Source of the DNA: an uncultured Eubacteriales bacterium
GTDB taxonomy: Bacteria > Bacillota > Clostridia > Christensenellales > CAG-138
Assembly (NCBI GenBank): GCA_902765005.1
Contig: CACWYB010000023.1
Span: 3,687-67,686 of the forward strand
Reading direction: 5' to 3'
DNA length: 64,000 nt
Shown: in pieces, positions 38,327 to 48,967 of the stretch
Position numbering within the stretch: position 1 is the first letter of the stretch
Layout of the letters: each line of letters begins with the position of its first letter
Notes under the pieces: model-generated
Told to the model about the DNA's origin: nothing
The model's database searches: none
What the model saw: only the letters and a program-made list of their open reading frames with translations
Position numbers and translations under genes: made by a program

Positions 38327-40089
38327 CAGTTCAGACCTCCTTCCACCAGGGCGCCGATCTGGTCACCCATCTCCTGCATGATCTGTTCATAGGCGGCGGG
38401 GGCCTCCGCTTCCGTTACGTACTTCAAGCGGCCGATCTTCTCCCGCACGGGCAGGGAGATGAGCTTGTTGAAGGGGGCGTCGGCGGTAAGGGCCTCGTTG
38501 GCCTGGTCGTAGTAGCCAAGGATGGTCTTGAGCATCAGGTACTGCTTGCGGGGGGAGGTGTAGGTGTCCACCTCATGGAAGGCGTTCTGATGGAGATAGT
38601 CCTCGCGAATGGACCGGGCGGCTTCCATGGTGAGCCGGTCCTTGTGGCTCAGGGCGTCGATGCCCACCAGGCGGACGATCTCGTCCAGCTCGCTCTCCTC
38701 CTGCAGCAGATTCATGGTCTTCTGGACCATGGCCGCCCAGTCGGGGGCCACGTTCTCGTTGAACCAGCCCTCCAGCCGATCGAGATACAGGGAATAGCTT
38801 TGCAGCCAGTCGATGGCCGGGAAGTGGCGGGCGTAGGCCAGCTTGGAGGAAAGGCCCCAGTAGACCTTCACGATCCGGAGCGTAGCCTGGGAGACGGGCT
38901 CGGAAATATCGCCGCCCGGAGGGGACACGGCCCCGATGGCGGAGATGGCGCCGGTGATATCGCCGGAACCCAGGACCTTCACCACGCCGGCCCGCTCATA
39001 GAACTCCGCCAGACGGGAGCTCAGATACGCGGGGTAGCCCTCCTCGCCGGGCATCTCCTCCAGACGACCGGACATCTCACGCAAGGCCTCGGCCCAGCGG
39101 GAGGTGGAGTCGGCCATGATGGCCACCTTATAGCCCATGTCCCGGAAATACTCGGCGATGGTGATGCCGGTGTAGATGGAGGCCTCTCGGGCGGCCACAG
39201 GCATGTCGGAGGTGTTGGCGATGAGGATGGTCCGCTTCATGAGCGAAAGGCCGGTCTTGGGGTCCTTCAGCTCGGGGAACTCCATCAAAACGTCGGTCAT
39301 CTCGTTGCCCCGCTCGCCGCAGCCCACGTAGACGATGATGTCCGCGTCGGACCACTTGGCCAGCTGATGCTGGACCACGGTCTTACCGCTGCCGAAGGGG
39401 CCGGGCACGGCGGCCACGCCGCCCTTGGCCACGGGGAACAGGGTGTCGATGACCCGCTGGCCGGTGATCATGGGCTCCGTGGGGGGCAGCTTTTCCTTGT
39501 AGGGGCGGCCCCGGCGCACGGGCCAGCGCTGGAGCATGGGCAGCTCGATCTGTTTGCCGTCCTTCTCCAGCCTGGCGATGGGGGTGACTATATTGGCGTC
39601 GCCTTCAAAGATCCAGGTGAGCTTGCCGGACACGCCGGGGGGCACCATGATCTTGTGGGTGACGATCTCGGTCTCCTGAACGGTGCCCAGCACGTCGCCG
39701 CCGGTGAGCTCGTCCCCCACCTGGGCTACGGGGGTAAAGGCCCACAGCTTCTCGTGGTCCAGGGCGTCCACCATGACGCCGCGAGGGATCCTGTCCCCCG
39801 CCTGCTCCCGGATCTTGGTGAGGGGGCGCTGGATGCCGTCGTAGATGGACTCGATGAGGCCCGGCCCCAGCTCCACGGATAGCGGCGCGCCGGTGGTGTA
39901 TACGGGCTCGCCGGGGCCGATGCCGCCGGTCTCCTCATAGACCTGAATGGACGCCCGATCGCCGCGCAGCTCGATGACCTCGCCGATAAGCTGCTGCTTC
40001 GACACGCGGACCACGTCGAACATCTGCACGTCCGCCATGCCGCTTGCCACGATGAGGGGCCCGGAAACTTTTACAATCGTACCTTGCAT
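38326..40089 (-). CDS. ntpA: V/A-type ATP synthase subunit A
   Basis: [17 protein letters not shown] and [11 protein letters not shown] motifs. Confidence 0.97.
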   Translation of the reverse strand: MQGTIVKVSGPLIVASGMADVQMFDVVRVSKQQLIGEVIELRGDRASIQVYEETGGIGPGEPVYTTGAPLSVELGPGLIESIYDGIQRPLTKIREQAGDRIPRGVMVDALDHEKLWAFTPVAQVGDELTGGDVLGTVQETEIVTHKIMVPPGVSGKLTWIFEGDANIVTPIARLEKDGKQIELPMLQRWPVRRGRPYKEKLPPTEPMITGQRVIDTLFPVAKGGVAAVPGPFGSGKTVVQHQLAKWSDADIIVYVGCGERGNEMTDVLMEFPELKDPKTGLSLMKRTILIANTSDMPVAAREASIYTGITIAEYFRDMGYKVAIMADSTSRWAEALREMSGRLEEMPGEEGYPAYLSSRLAEFYERAGVVKVLGSGDITGAISAIGAVSPPGGDISEPVSQATLRIVKVYWGLSSKLAYARHFPAIDWLQSYSLYLDRLEGWFNENVAPDWAAMVQKTMNLLQEESELDEIVRLVGIDALSHKDRLTMEAARSIREDYLHQNAFHEVDTYTSPRKQYLMLKTILGYYDQANEALTADAPFNKLISLPVREKIGRLKYVTEAEAPAAYEQIMQEMGDQIGALVEGGLN

Positions 40090-40104
40090 GTGTTTGCCTC
40101 TCTT

Positions 40105-40428
40105 TTAGGTATTGAATAGGATATCCACGCCCACAGCCGTTTCCACGTACCCTTTCAGGTTCCGGATGCCCGTGCCCTGGGAGCCGTGCACGTCCGGGAT
40201 GGGGATGATGGCGGGATAGGGTTCGCCCTTGAAGGCGTCGATGGCGTCCGCGCAGAGGGGGTAAAGGGTCTCGGTGAGATAGATCACCCCATAGCCCTCC
40301 CGGGCCAGATGCTTGATCTGCCGGTTGGCCGCCTCGCCGTCGGTCTCATAAAACACATCGATGCCCACGGCCTTGAAGAGCATGACGGAATCCTTGTCGC
40401 CGATGACGGCCATCTTTGCCTTAGCCAT
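40105..40428 (-). CDS. V/A-type ATP synthase subunit F
   Basis: MAVIGDKDS, PAIIPIP and AVGVDI motifs. Confidence 0.9.
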   Translation of the reverse strand: MAKAKMAVIGDKDSVMLFKAVGIDVFYETDGEAANRQIKHLAREGYGVIYLTETLYPLCADAIDAFKGEPYPAIIPIPDVHGSQGTGIRNLKGYVETAVGVDILFNT

Positions 40429-41404
40429 AGAGCTTCACCAGCCTTTCCGAGATCACGCTGCTGTTCAGGTTGTTCCGCTTCACCGTGAGGATCAGGCGCA
40501 CGTTTTGGGCCTCCCGCTCCTTGGCGATGATGTAGCCCACCACGGGGAACAGGGTGAGGGCCTCGTACTTGTGGGCGGAGATCAGGGACATGAGGTAGTT
40601 GTCCCGGGCCTTCTCCACCTCGCCGATGCTGCCGGTGCCGTACATCTTGTCCAGGGCCGCGGCGATCTCCCGACGGCACACGGACTTCTCCACGATCTTG
40701 CCGTAGCCCTCCACGGAGAACTCATACCCCTCGGAAAAGGCCTGCAGAGGGATACCTCCCTCCACCAGCAGCACATCCTTGAGCATGCCCTTGCCGCCGC
40801 CCATGGCCCGCACCCGCAAAAAGGTGAGGACGTTGTCAAAATCCGCCTTGGCCAGGAAGTAGTGGTGGAAGGGCTTATTCTTGGCGGTGGCGTTGAGGGC
40901 GTGCTTGAGGTACGCCCGATCCAGCGCGATGCTGATGAGCTGGGGCTCCACGCTGACGGCCAGCCGCTTCTCCAGGTCATTGAGCTCCTGGGCCATGTCC
41001 GCAGGGAGCAAAGCGTAGTCCTGCTCTAAGACGGCCTTCTGCAAAGCCTCCCGGTCAAAGAGGCCGCCGGGCTGCCAGGCGATGTCCCCCTGGTTCAGCA
41101 GGCGGGCTTTGATGAGGGCCTTCAGGTTCATCACGTCGCTTTCCAGCAGGAACAGGTCCGTGATCTCAGGCTCGGGGGAGAGCTCCCGCACCTCCTCCCG
41201 CATGGCCGTCAGCTCCCGCTCGATCATCTTCTCCCCGTCGCCCTCGCCGGCGTCGGGCAGGTTGCCGTAGCGGTTGTCGATCAGCATGCGCAGCGCGTCC
41301 CCCATGGACCCCTCCGCCATGCGCTTGAGGGCAGCCTCATCCAGCAGACGCCGGCTGAGGGCGCTGATGCGGGCGCTGGCATATGCGTAGCTTTTCTGTG
41401 CCAT
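40421..41404 (-). CDS. ntpC: V/A-type ATP synthase subunit C
   Basis: YAYASARI..RLL and AKEREAQNVRLIL..K motifs; operon position. Confidence 0.88.
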   Translation of the reverse strand: MAQKSYAYASARISALSRRLLDEAALKRMAEGSMGDALRMLIDNRYGNLPDAGEGDGEKMIERELTAMREEVRELSPEPEITDLFLLESDVMNLKALIKARLLNQGDIAWQPGGLFDREALQKAVLEQDYALLPADMAQELNDLEKRLAVSVEPQLISIALDRAYLKHALNATAKNKPFHHYFLAKADFDNVLTFLRVRAMGGGKGMLKDVLLVEGGIPLQAFSEGYEFSVEGYGKIVEKSVCRREIAAALDKMYGTGSIGEVEKARDNYLMSLISAHKYEALTLFPVVGYIIAKEREAQNVRLILTVKRNNLNSSVISERLVKLYG

Positions 41405-41418
41405 AGGGTCCCTCCCGT

Positions 41419-41997
41419 TTATGGAAAGAGGATGCGGGCCGCGTTGGTCTCCTCGCTCAGCCGCAGCTGGGCCATGAGGGCATCCAGGGAACAATCCTTT
41501 TCGTAGCTCCCGCCCACCAGCAGGAAGCCGCCTTCAAAGGGGGCGTCCTCCTCCGAGAGGGTCAGGGGCCGGTCCACCTGGCCAAGGAGCCCGGCGATAA
41601 GGGCCCGATCCTGTTTGGCGGGCTTGACGATATCGCCCGCCGCGGATTCCGCCTGCAGCAGGCCCAGTATGACCTTCCTGCGGCGCTCGCCGGAAAGGGC
41701 GTTCAGCTCCCGGGCAGCGGCGGCGAAGGTTTCGTCCAGGATGCGCCGGCGCACGCCCAATGTCTCCTTCCGCCCGTCCAGCTCGGCCCGGGTCCGGGCG
41801 CCGTCCAGCACGCCCTTCACGGAGGCGTTTCGGCTGGCGGCCGCGGCGGCGGCCTGCTCGGCGATTCTCTTTTCGCAGTCAGCCGATATGGCCCGGCAGC
41901 TTTCCTCTGCCTTCTCCCGGGCGGCCCCGGCGTCGGAGCGGGCCTCCTCCAGGATGCGCTCGATCAGCTTGTCCGCGCGGTTGTTGCCGTTATCCAT
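41419..41997 (-). CDS. ntpE: V/A-type ATP synthase subunit E
   Basis: Coiled-coil N-terminus, GGFLL...DCSLD, C-terminal ILF; operon position. Confidence 0.85.
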   Translation of the reverse strand: MDNGNNRADKLIERILEEARSDAGAAREKAEESCRAISADCEKRIAEQAAAAAASRNASVKGVLDGARTRAELDGRKETLGVRRRILDETFAAAARELNALSGERRRKVILGLLQAESAAGDIVKPAKQDRALIAGLLGQVDRPLTLSEEDAPFEGGFLLVGGSYEKDCSLDALMAQLRLSEETNAARILFP

Positions 41998-42007
41998 GAG
42001 CGGCTCC

Positions 42008-42514
<507 letters not shown>

Positions 42515-42526
42515 CTACTATAGTTG

Positions 42527-44485
42527 TCACTTTGAGATTTGCACGTGTTTCGTTTTGTATCGAAGAGGCCTGAAGGCCTTTCCGCCTGCTTCATAAAACT
42601 TGCCGAAGAACTCCACATACTGAAGCCTGGCGCAGTGGACGAAGGAGCCCAGGGTGTTGATGGCCACGCTGAACAGATGCAGCGCGATGAGCAGCACCAC
42701 CGCGATCAAGAAGCCCACCACCTTCATGATGCCGCTGCCCCCCATGAGCATGGAGCACAGGGTGTTGAACACCATGGCCAGATATCCCGTGGCGATGCCC
42801 AGGGCCAAAAGGCGGGCGTAGGACAGGATGTCACTCAGGTAGCTGGTCACCCCGTAGAGGCCGCCGAAGCCGGATGCCAGGCGGGAGATGGGGTTCTTCT
42901 TATCCCGGCCCTTGAAGAAGAGGATCATGACGGAGCCCGCCAGGATCATGACCAGGCCCACCGTATTGAGGTGCAGCGCCGTGAACCAGCCCAGCTCCAG
43001 GGGTGGATCAAAGAAGGTGGCCGCCATGGGCAGCGCCGCCAGCACCACCCCCAGCAGAATGAGGACCCAGCTCAAATTGTCGAACACGGCGCCCTGCCAA
43101 TCCTTGTCGGAAAGGCACATCTTCATCTTGATGAGGTGGCCGGCGGACAGGTGGATGATGCCCAGCAGCAGGCAGAACAGCAGCATGCCCACCGGGTTGG
43201 CCGTGGGATCGATGAGCAGGGGGAACAGGTCCTTGGTGCCGAAGATGGTGTCAAAGTCCAGCCCAAAGAAGGAACCCACCAGCACGCCCCACACCATGGT
43301 GGAGATGCCGCCCCAGAAGAGGACGGTGAGCAGGCCCTTCATGCCGCCCGTGGGCTTTTTCAGTTTCATAAAGAGCCAGGTCCCCAGGGCCAGCACCAGG
43401 CCGTAGCCCGTATCCGAGAGCATGACGCCGAAGAGCAAAATGTAGAACGGAGTCATGTAGGGGGTGGCGTCGATGCCCCGGGCGTCGGGCAGGGAATAGA
43501 GGTCGATCAGAAACTCGAAGGGGGTGTTGAAGGTGTCATTCTTGAGCACCGTGGGCGGGACTTCGTCCTCCGTCGGATCGCGGTACTCGGTGTAGTAGGC
43601 GTCGGTGACGGACTGGAGGGCTTTCTCCACCGCGTCCATCTCGTCCTCCCGGACCCAACCTTCCAGCTGGAACAGGTCCGCGCCCTTCTTCACGTCGCTC
43701 TCGGCGGCCAGGTTGTCCCGCTCGATGGACAGGGCGTCCGCGGCGTTTTCCAGGACCTGGGCGCTGACGCCGCAGGCGGCCAGCTCCTCATGGAGCTCCA
43801 TGAGCCGCTTCTCCAGACCCGTGTCCTCCGCCTCCAGGGCGCTCATGGCCTCCCGGGGGGTGCCGGTGAGCTTGGGCAGGACCACGTCCGTCCAGTTGAT
43901 GGTCTTCAGGAAGGCGGCGGCCTCCCGGGCGTCCTCCTTGTGGCAGACCAGGAGCGCGGCCCGGCTGCCCGGGGTCCCGTAATACTCCGCAAAGAGAAGA
44001 GGGTTCTCGTCGATGGCGGCCTCCCCGGCTCCGTCCACCAGGCCCATAAAGCAGCGGGTATGGCGGCTTTCGCCGATGGTCTCCATCCGCTCGGGCAGAT
44101 CCGCCCAGGGGAGCAGGGCGGCGTAGGTGCTGTTGTTCTTCTCCAGCCGCGCCTCGATCTGCTTCTTCTCCTCCAGGATGGCTCGGATGCGCCCGTCGGC
44201 CTGCTCGGCGGCCCCCACGTCCTGCTGGAGGGTCTCCAGCTTCTCCTCCCGGGCAGGGGCAAAGAACCCCGCCTTGGGGGCGTAGGGCTTCACCGCGGAC
44301 AGGGATTCATTCAGGCGGCTGATCCGCTCAGCCACTTCGTCCAGGCGCTGGTTGTCCTGGCCGCCCTCCTCATCGGAGGTGACCCGAATGATCTCCACTG
44401 CCCCCGCCTTCTGCAGGGCCCGTAAAATTTTCGTCTCCTCCCGGCGGATGCCCACCAGGGTGAGGCGTTTCATGGAAACGATCAT
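42527..44485 (-). CDS. ntpI: V/A-type ATP synthase subunit I
   Basis: FGVMLSDTGYG, DILSYARLLALG and HCARLQYVEFF motifs. Confidence 0.95.
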   Translation of the reverse strand: MIVSMKRLTLVGIRREETKILRALQKAGAVEIIRVTSDEEGGQDNQRLDEVAERISRLNESLSAVKPYAPKAGFFAPAREEKLETLQQDVGAAEQADGRIRAILEEKKQIEARLEKNNSTYAALLPWADLPERMETIGESRHTRCFMGLVDGAGEAAIDENPLLFAEYYGTPGSRAALLVCHKEDAREAAAFLKTINWTDVVLPKLTGTPREAMSALEAEDTGLEKRLMELHEELAACGVSAQVLENAADALSIERDNLAAESDVKKGADLFQLEGWVREDEMDAVEKALQSVTDAYYTEYRDPTEDEVPPTVLKNDTFNTPFEFLIDLYSLPDARGIDATPYMTPFYILLFGVMLSDTGYGLVLALGTWLFMKLKKPTGGMKGLLTVLFWGGISTMVWGVLVGSFFGLDFDTIFGTKDLFPLLIDPTANPVGMLLFCLLLGIIHLSAGHLIKMKMCLSDKDWQGAVFDNLSWVLILLGVVLAALPMAATFFDPPLELGWFTALHLNTVGLVMILAGSVMILFFKGRDKKNPISRLASGFGGLYGVTSYLSDILSYARLLALGIATGYLAMVFNTLCSMLMGGSGIMKVVGFLIAVVLLIALHLFSVAINTLGSFVHCARLQYVEFFGKFYEAGGKAFRPLRYKTKHVQISK

Positions 44486-44796
44486 AGGGCTGCATCGACC
44501 CTTTCCATAAGATAGGCCACGGCCTTGGGCAAATTGCCCCGGGCGACCGCTTCCTCCGCGGCCACGGCGTCCCGGGCCGTTTGCAGGGCCTGGGCCGAGA
44601 GGGCCTTCCCCTCCGTTTCCGCCTGGGCCATGGCCTCACGGGTCTTCTGCCGCTCGGCGTCCGCCGCCATGGTCAGGCGGGACGCCGCGTCCTCCCGGGC
44701 ACGGGCCACCATGTCCCTGGCGTCGGTCACGGCCTGGGCGCGTATTTCCTCCGCCCGCTCTTCCGCGGCACGGATCTTGTCGATCATGGAACCCAC
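44482..44796 (-). CDS. V/A-type ATP synthase subunit H/G-like
   Basis: IRAAEERAEEI coiled coil; first gene of the operon; GTG start after AAAGGAGG. Confidence 0.75.
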   Translation of the reverse strand: MGSMIDKIRAAEERAEEIRAQAVTDARDMVARAREDAASRLTMAADAERQKTREAMAQAETEGKALSAQALQTARDAVAAEEAVARGNLPKAVAYLMERVDAAL

Positions 44797-44856
44797 GATC
44801 AGCCCTCCTTTCCGTAGGATAGGTATGAAAAAGGGGCGCAAAGGCCCCTTTCACGT

Positions 44857-45444
44857 TTATTTCGTGCCGAACAGGCGGTCGCCGGCATCGCCCAGGCCGG
44901 GCACGATGTAGCCGTGTTCGTTGAGCTTCTCGTCGATGCTGGCCACGTAGATGTCCACATCGGGATAGGCCTTCTGGACGGCGTAGACGCCCTCGGGGGC
45001 GGAGATGAGGCAGACCAGACGGATGGTCTTGGCGCCGGCGTTCTTGATGAGCCGGATGGCCTCGATGGCGGAGTTGCCCGTGGCCAACATGGGGTCCACG
45101 ATGATGGTGTCCCGCTCGTTGATGTCGTCGGGGAGCTTGCAGTAGTAGCCCGTGGGCATCAGGGTGTCGGGATTGCGGTAGAGGCCGATATGGCCCATCT
45201 TGGCGTGGGGGATCAGGTTCATCATGCCGTCAGCCATGCCCAGGCCAGCCCGAAGGATGGGGACCACAGCCAGCTTTTCGTTGGCCAGCATCTTGAAGGA
45301 CGCCTTGGTGATGGGGGTCTCCACCTCCACCTCCTGCAGGGGCAGGTCCCGGGTGACCTCGTAGCCCGTGCCGGTCTCCTTGTCCCGAAGAAGGGCCAGC
45401 TTGTGCTGTACGAGGGGATGATCGATCACGGTTACTTTGCTCAT
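44857..45444 (-). CDS. upp: Uracil phosphoribosyltransferase (in-frame loss of ~14 aa near 45368)
   Basis: [24 protein letters not shown] and [17 protein letters not shown] motifs; FRELV helix absent. Confidence 0.93.
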   Translation of the reverse strand: MSKVTVIDHPLVQHKLALLRDKETGTGYEVTRDLPLQEVEVETPITKASFKMLANEKLAVVPILRAGLGMADGMMNLIPHAKMGHIGLYRNPDTLMPTGYYCKLPDDINERDTIIVDPMLATGNSAIEAIRLIKNAGAKTIRLVCLISAPEGVYAVQKAYPDVDIYVASIDEKLNEHGYIVPGLGDAGDRLFGTK

Positions 45445-45472
45445 AATGAACCTCCTATATAAAGTTAAAGGT

Positions 45473-45919
45473 TTACGATTCGAAGGCGCTGATCTTGTCG
45501 ATCCGGCGCTGATGGCGGGCCGCCTCGGAGAAGGGGGTGTCCAGCCAGGTGAAGAGGATCTCCCGGGCCAGGTTCTCCCCCACCACCCCGGCGCCCAGGG
45601 CCAGGGCGTTGGTGTCGTTATGCTCCCGGGTCATGCGGGCGGTCATGGAGTCGGCGCAGAGGGCGCAGCGCACGCCCTTGACCTTGTTGGCGCAGATGCT
45701 CATGCCGATGCCCGTGGTGCACACGAACACGCCCCGATCCGCCTCCCCCCTTGACAGGGCCTGGGCGGCGGGCAGGGCAAAATCGGGATAGTCCACGCTG
45801 TCGGTGCCGAAGCAGCCGAAGTCCCGGACCTGGTGGCCGGCTTCCGTAAGCCAGGCCTTGATCTTCTCTTTCAGGGCGTAACCGCCATGGTCAGAGGCCA
45901 ACACGATTTTCATGCTCAT
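45473..45919 (-). CDS. rpiB: Ribose 5-phosphate isomerase B
   Basis: [29 protein letters not shown] and RHQRRIDKI motifs. Confidence 0.95.
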   Translation of the reverse strand: MSMKIVLASDHGGYALKEKIKAWLTEAGHQVRDFGCFGTDSVDYPDFALPAAQALSRGEADRGVFVCTTGIGMSICANKVKGVRCALCADSMTARMTREHNDTNALALGAGVVGENLAREILFTWLDTPFSEAARHQRRIDKISAFES

Positions 45920-45926
45920 TTGTTGT

Positions 45927-45956
45927 ATCATACCACAAACCCGAAGCTCCTTTCAA
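45927..45956 (-). promoter_or_regulatory. sigma-A promoter of rpiB
   Basis: TTGAAA-18 nt-TATGAT with TG extension, 7 nt before the ATG. Confidence 0.6.
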
Positions 45957-45991
45957 CACAAACTTCTTCAATATCAGAAAAATGTATACAC

Positions 45992-47029
45992 TTAGGGCAG
46001 ATATTCCACGTGAAAGCCCGCCGAACGCAGGAGCCGGTTCATAAACGCCAGGCCCGTGCCCGCGGTGCCCACGCCCTCACAGAGGATCACGTCCGCCTCC
46101 CGATCCAGCTCCCTTAGCAGCCCAAAGAGCCGGCTGCACAGGGTGGTGGGGTCCTGCCGGGTGCCCAGAAGGGCGATGGACCGGCTGCCGTAGAAGGGAG
46201 CGGCCTCCGCCGTGGCGGCGATGCGCACCCGCTTGCCCGCGCCAGCGAATTGGTCATAGAGGGCCGAGATCCGGGCGGCGGCGGCCTTGGGCTCGCCCAC
46301 CACCACCAGCACCTGGGCGTTGGGGGCGTAGTGCTTGTATTTCATGCCGGGAGAGGCCACGGTCTCCCCCGCCTTCAGGGGCGAAAGGATGCTGGGGGCC
46401 AGGGCCACCTCGCCGATGACGGCGGCCAGCATCTCCGGCGTCACGGCCCCGGGGCGCAGGATGGTGGGCGCGCCCGCAAGGGACAGGACGGTGCTTTCCA
46501 CCCCGTAGCGGCAGGGGCCGCCGTCCAGGATGAGGGGGATGCGGCCGTCCATGTCGTCGAGGACGTGCTGCGCGGTGGTGGGGCTGGGCTTGCCCGAAAG
46601 GTTGGCGCTGGGGGCGGCGATGGGCACGCCGCTGGCGGCGATGAGCGCCCGGGCGGCGGCGCTGTCCGGCATGCGGACGGCCACGGTGTCAAGGCCGGCG
46701 GTCACCTGATCGGGGACGATGGGCGCCCGGCGGTAGATCAGGGTCAGGGGGCCGGGCCAGAAGGTGTCCATGAGCGCCCGGGCATAGGGCGGCTCCCCGT
46801 CCCAAAGGGAGAAGGCGTCCTGCTTCTCGGCCACATGGAGGATCAGGGGGTTGTCGTTGGGACGGCCCTTGGCGGCGAAGATGCGGTCCACCGCGGCGCC
46901 GTTGAGGCCGTCGGCTCCCAGGCCGTAGACCGTTTCCGTGGGGAAGGCCACCAGGCCCCCGGCGCGGATGAGCTGGGCGCCGGTCGGGACAGCTTGCGTA
47001 TCTTGCGTTGACAAAACAGAGGTTTTCAT
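45992..47029 (-). CDS. sua5: Threonylcarbamoyl-AMP synthase (Sua5)
   Basis: VAFPTETVYGLGA, KGRPNDNPLI, APSANLSG and SPGMKYKHYAP motifs. Confidence 0.95.
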   Translation of the reverse strand: MKTSVLSTQDTQAVPTGAQLIRAGGLVAFPTETVYGLGADGLNGAAVDRIFAAKGRPNDNPLILHVAEKQDAFSLWDGEPPYARALMDTFWPGPLTLIYRRAPIVPDQVTAGLDTVAVRMPDSAAARALIAASGVPIAAPSANLSGKPSPTTAQHVLDDMDGRIPLILDGGPCRYGVESTVLSLAGAPTILRPGAVTPEMLAAVIGEVALAPSILSPLKAGETVASPGMKYKHYAPNAQVLVVVGEPKAAAARISALYDQFAGAGKRVRIAATAEAAPFYGSRSIALLGTRQDPTTLCSRLFGLLRELDREADVILCEGVGTAGTGLAFMNRLLRSAGFHVEYLP

Positions 47030-47037
47030 TTTAATTC

Positions 47038-47182
47038 ACACCTTTTCTTGAAAGAAAAGGTGTCCAAAAGAACTTTAGGAAGCATAAGAAGCTCAAGAAG
47101 AAATCCCTTTTCCCCTTCCCGGCTTCTCTTTTTTCAGTTCCTTTTTTCTCTTCTCCCGAAGAGAAAAAAGGAACAACAGAAA
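47038..47182. repeat. AT-rich multi-hairpin intergenic element, copy D
   Basis: ACACCTTTTCTT/AAGAAAAGGTGT, CAAAAGAACTTTAGGAA (shared with B and C) and GTTCCTTTTTTCTCTTC/GAAGAGAAAAAAGGAAC-AACAGAAA (like copy A). Confidence 0.8.
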
Positions 47183-47185
47183 AGG

Positions 47186-48221
47186 TTACTCCTCCCCCGA
47201 CAGCTGCCGGGTACGCTCGGCCAATATCAGCGCGTCGATCAATTCGTCCATATCCCCATCCATAAACTGCTCCAGCTTATAGAGGGTGAAGTTGATCCGA
47301 TGGTCCGTGACCCGGTTCTGGGGGAAGTTGTAGGTCCGGATCCGCTCGCTCCTGTCCCCGGACCCCACCATGCTCTTGCGGGCGCTGGACACGGCGGCGT
47401 CCTGCTTGGACTGATACAGGTCGTAGATCCGGCTTCGCAGGACCTGCATGGCCTTATCTTTATTTTTATACTGGCTCCGCTCGTCCTGGCAGGCCACCAC
47501 GATGCCCGTGGGGATGTGGGTGATGCGGATGGCGGAGGAGGTCTTGTTCACGTGCTGGCCCCCGGTCGGAATCCTTGATCTCCACCTGCACCTCGTCCAC
47601 CTGGGGCATGACCGCCACGGTGGCGGCGCTGGTGTGTATGCGCCCCTGGCTCTCCGTTTCCGGGACCCGCTGGACCCGGTGCACCCCGCTCTCGAACTTC
47701 AGGCGGGAGTAGGCCCCCTTCCCGGACAGGGTCAGGACCACCTCCTTCACCCCGCCCATCTCGGTGCGGTTGTCCTCCACGAACTCCACCTGATACCGAT
47801 GCCGCTCGGCGTACCGCTGGTACATGCGCAGAAGGTCGCTGCCGAAGAGGCTGGCCTCCTCCCCGCCGGTCCCCGCCCGGATCTCCAAGATCACGTCCCT
47901 TTCGTCGTTGGGGTCCTTGGGCAGGAGCAGGATCTTCAGCTCCTCGGTGAGCCGCTCCTCGGTGGCCTTCAATTCGTCCAGCTCGGAGAGGGTCAGCTCC
48001 TTCATGTCCGGATCCAGGCCCTCCTCCAGCAGCTCCCGGCAGCCCTCCTGCTCCCGGAGGTTCTTTTCGTATTGGTCGATGACCGCCACAATCTCCTCCA
48101 GCTGCGCCCGCTCCCGGCTCAGCTCCTTCCAGGCGTTCATGTCCGCCATGGCGTCCGGGGCCGACAGCAGCCGCCCCAGCTCCTCATATCGGGCCTTCAG
48201 TTTGATCAGCTTCTCTCTCAT
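47186..48221 (-). pseudogene. prfA: Peptide chain release factor 1, frameshifted at ~47564 (probably assembly lesion)
   Basis: [26 protein letters not shown] (PxT) in one frame; [21 protein letters not shown] in another. Confidence 0.9.
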
Positions 48222-48967
48222 ATCCGTTTCACCGCGGCGACCCGGTCCAGGCCGCCATAATCCTTGATGATCTTTGCTCCCGGAAACAGCGATCTGACCG
48301 CCGGCCCCTGACTGGCGCCGATCTCCAGGAGCAGCGCCCCGCCGGGGCACACATGCGCCTGCCACGCCTCCGCCAGCCGCCGGTAGAAATCCAGGCCGTC
48401 CTCGCCCCCGTAGAGGGCCAGCTCCGGCTCGAACAAAAGCTCCCGCTGCCGGCTTCTCATATCCGCCGCAGAAAGATACGGCGGGTTGCAGGCGACGAGG
48501 TCGAAGGCCCCCGGCACATGGGCGAACAGGTCGCTTTCGAAAAACGCCCCCTCCACCCCGTTTCTATCCGCGTTTCGCTTCGCCAGGGCCAGGGCCGCCG
48601 GGGAGATGTCGGCAAAGGTGACCTGCGCCCCGGCCAGTTTTGCCAGGCTCACGCCGATGCATCCGCTGCCGCAGCACAGATCCAGCACCCGGGCCCCGGG
48701 CCGGGGCCTCAAAAAATTCAGGGCCGCCTCGCAGAGGACCTCCGTGTCCGGCCGGGGGATCAGGGCGTCCGCTCCCACAAAGAAGGGCAGGCCCATGAAC
48801 GCCCATTCCCCCAGGATATACTGGAGGGGCTCCCCGTTGAGCCGCCGGGCCACGGCCTCCCGAAGCCAGGCCTCATCCCGGGACGCGTTCAGGAGGAACT
48901 TCGCCTCCAGGTCTGCCTCCTCCCCCGCCGCAGGCAGGAGGGCGGCCGAAAGCTCACGCCTGTTCAT
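48218..48967 (-). CDS. prmC: Release factor glutamine methyltransferase
   Basis: GEPLQYILG, LIPRPDTE, DLCCGSG and NPPY motifs. Confidence 0.93.
   Translation of the reverse strand: MNRRELSAALLPAAGEEADLEAKFLLNASRDEAWLREAVARRLNGEPLQYILGEWAFMGLPFFVGADALIPRPDTEVLCEAALNFLRPRPGARVLDLCCGSGCIGVSLAKLAGAQVTFADISPAALALAKRNADRNGVEGAFFESDLFAHVPGAFDLVACNPPYLSAADMRSRQRELLFEPELALYGGEDGLDFYRRLAEAWQAHVCPGGALLLEIGASQGPAVRSLFPGAKIIKDYGGLDRVAAVKRI

Noticed and set aside
47540-47590. Programmed +1 frameshift like prfB
   Set aside because: No CTT-TGA slippery site or internal SD, the gene is RF1 (PxT motif), and residues are missing rather than just shifted.
48800-48967. Short PrmC N-terminal domain as an eighth deletion
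   Set aside because: This region is naturally variable and no invariant motif is clearly missing; cannot be supported without an alignment.
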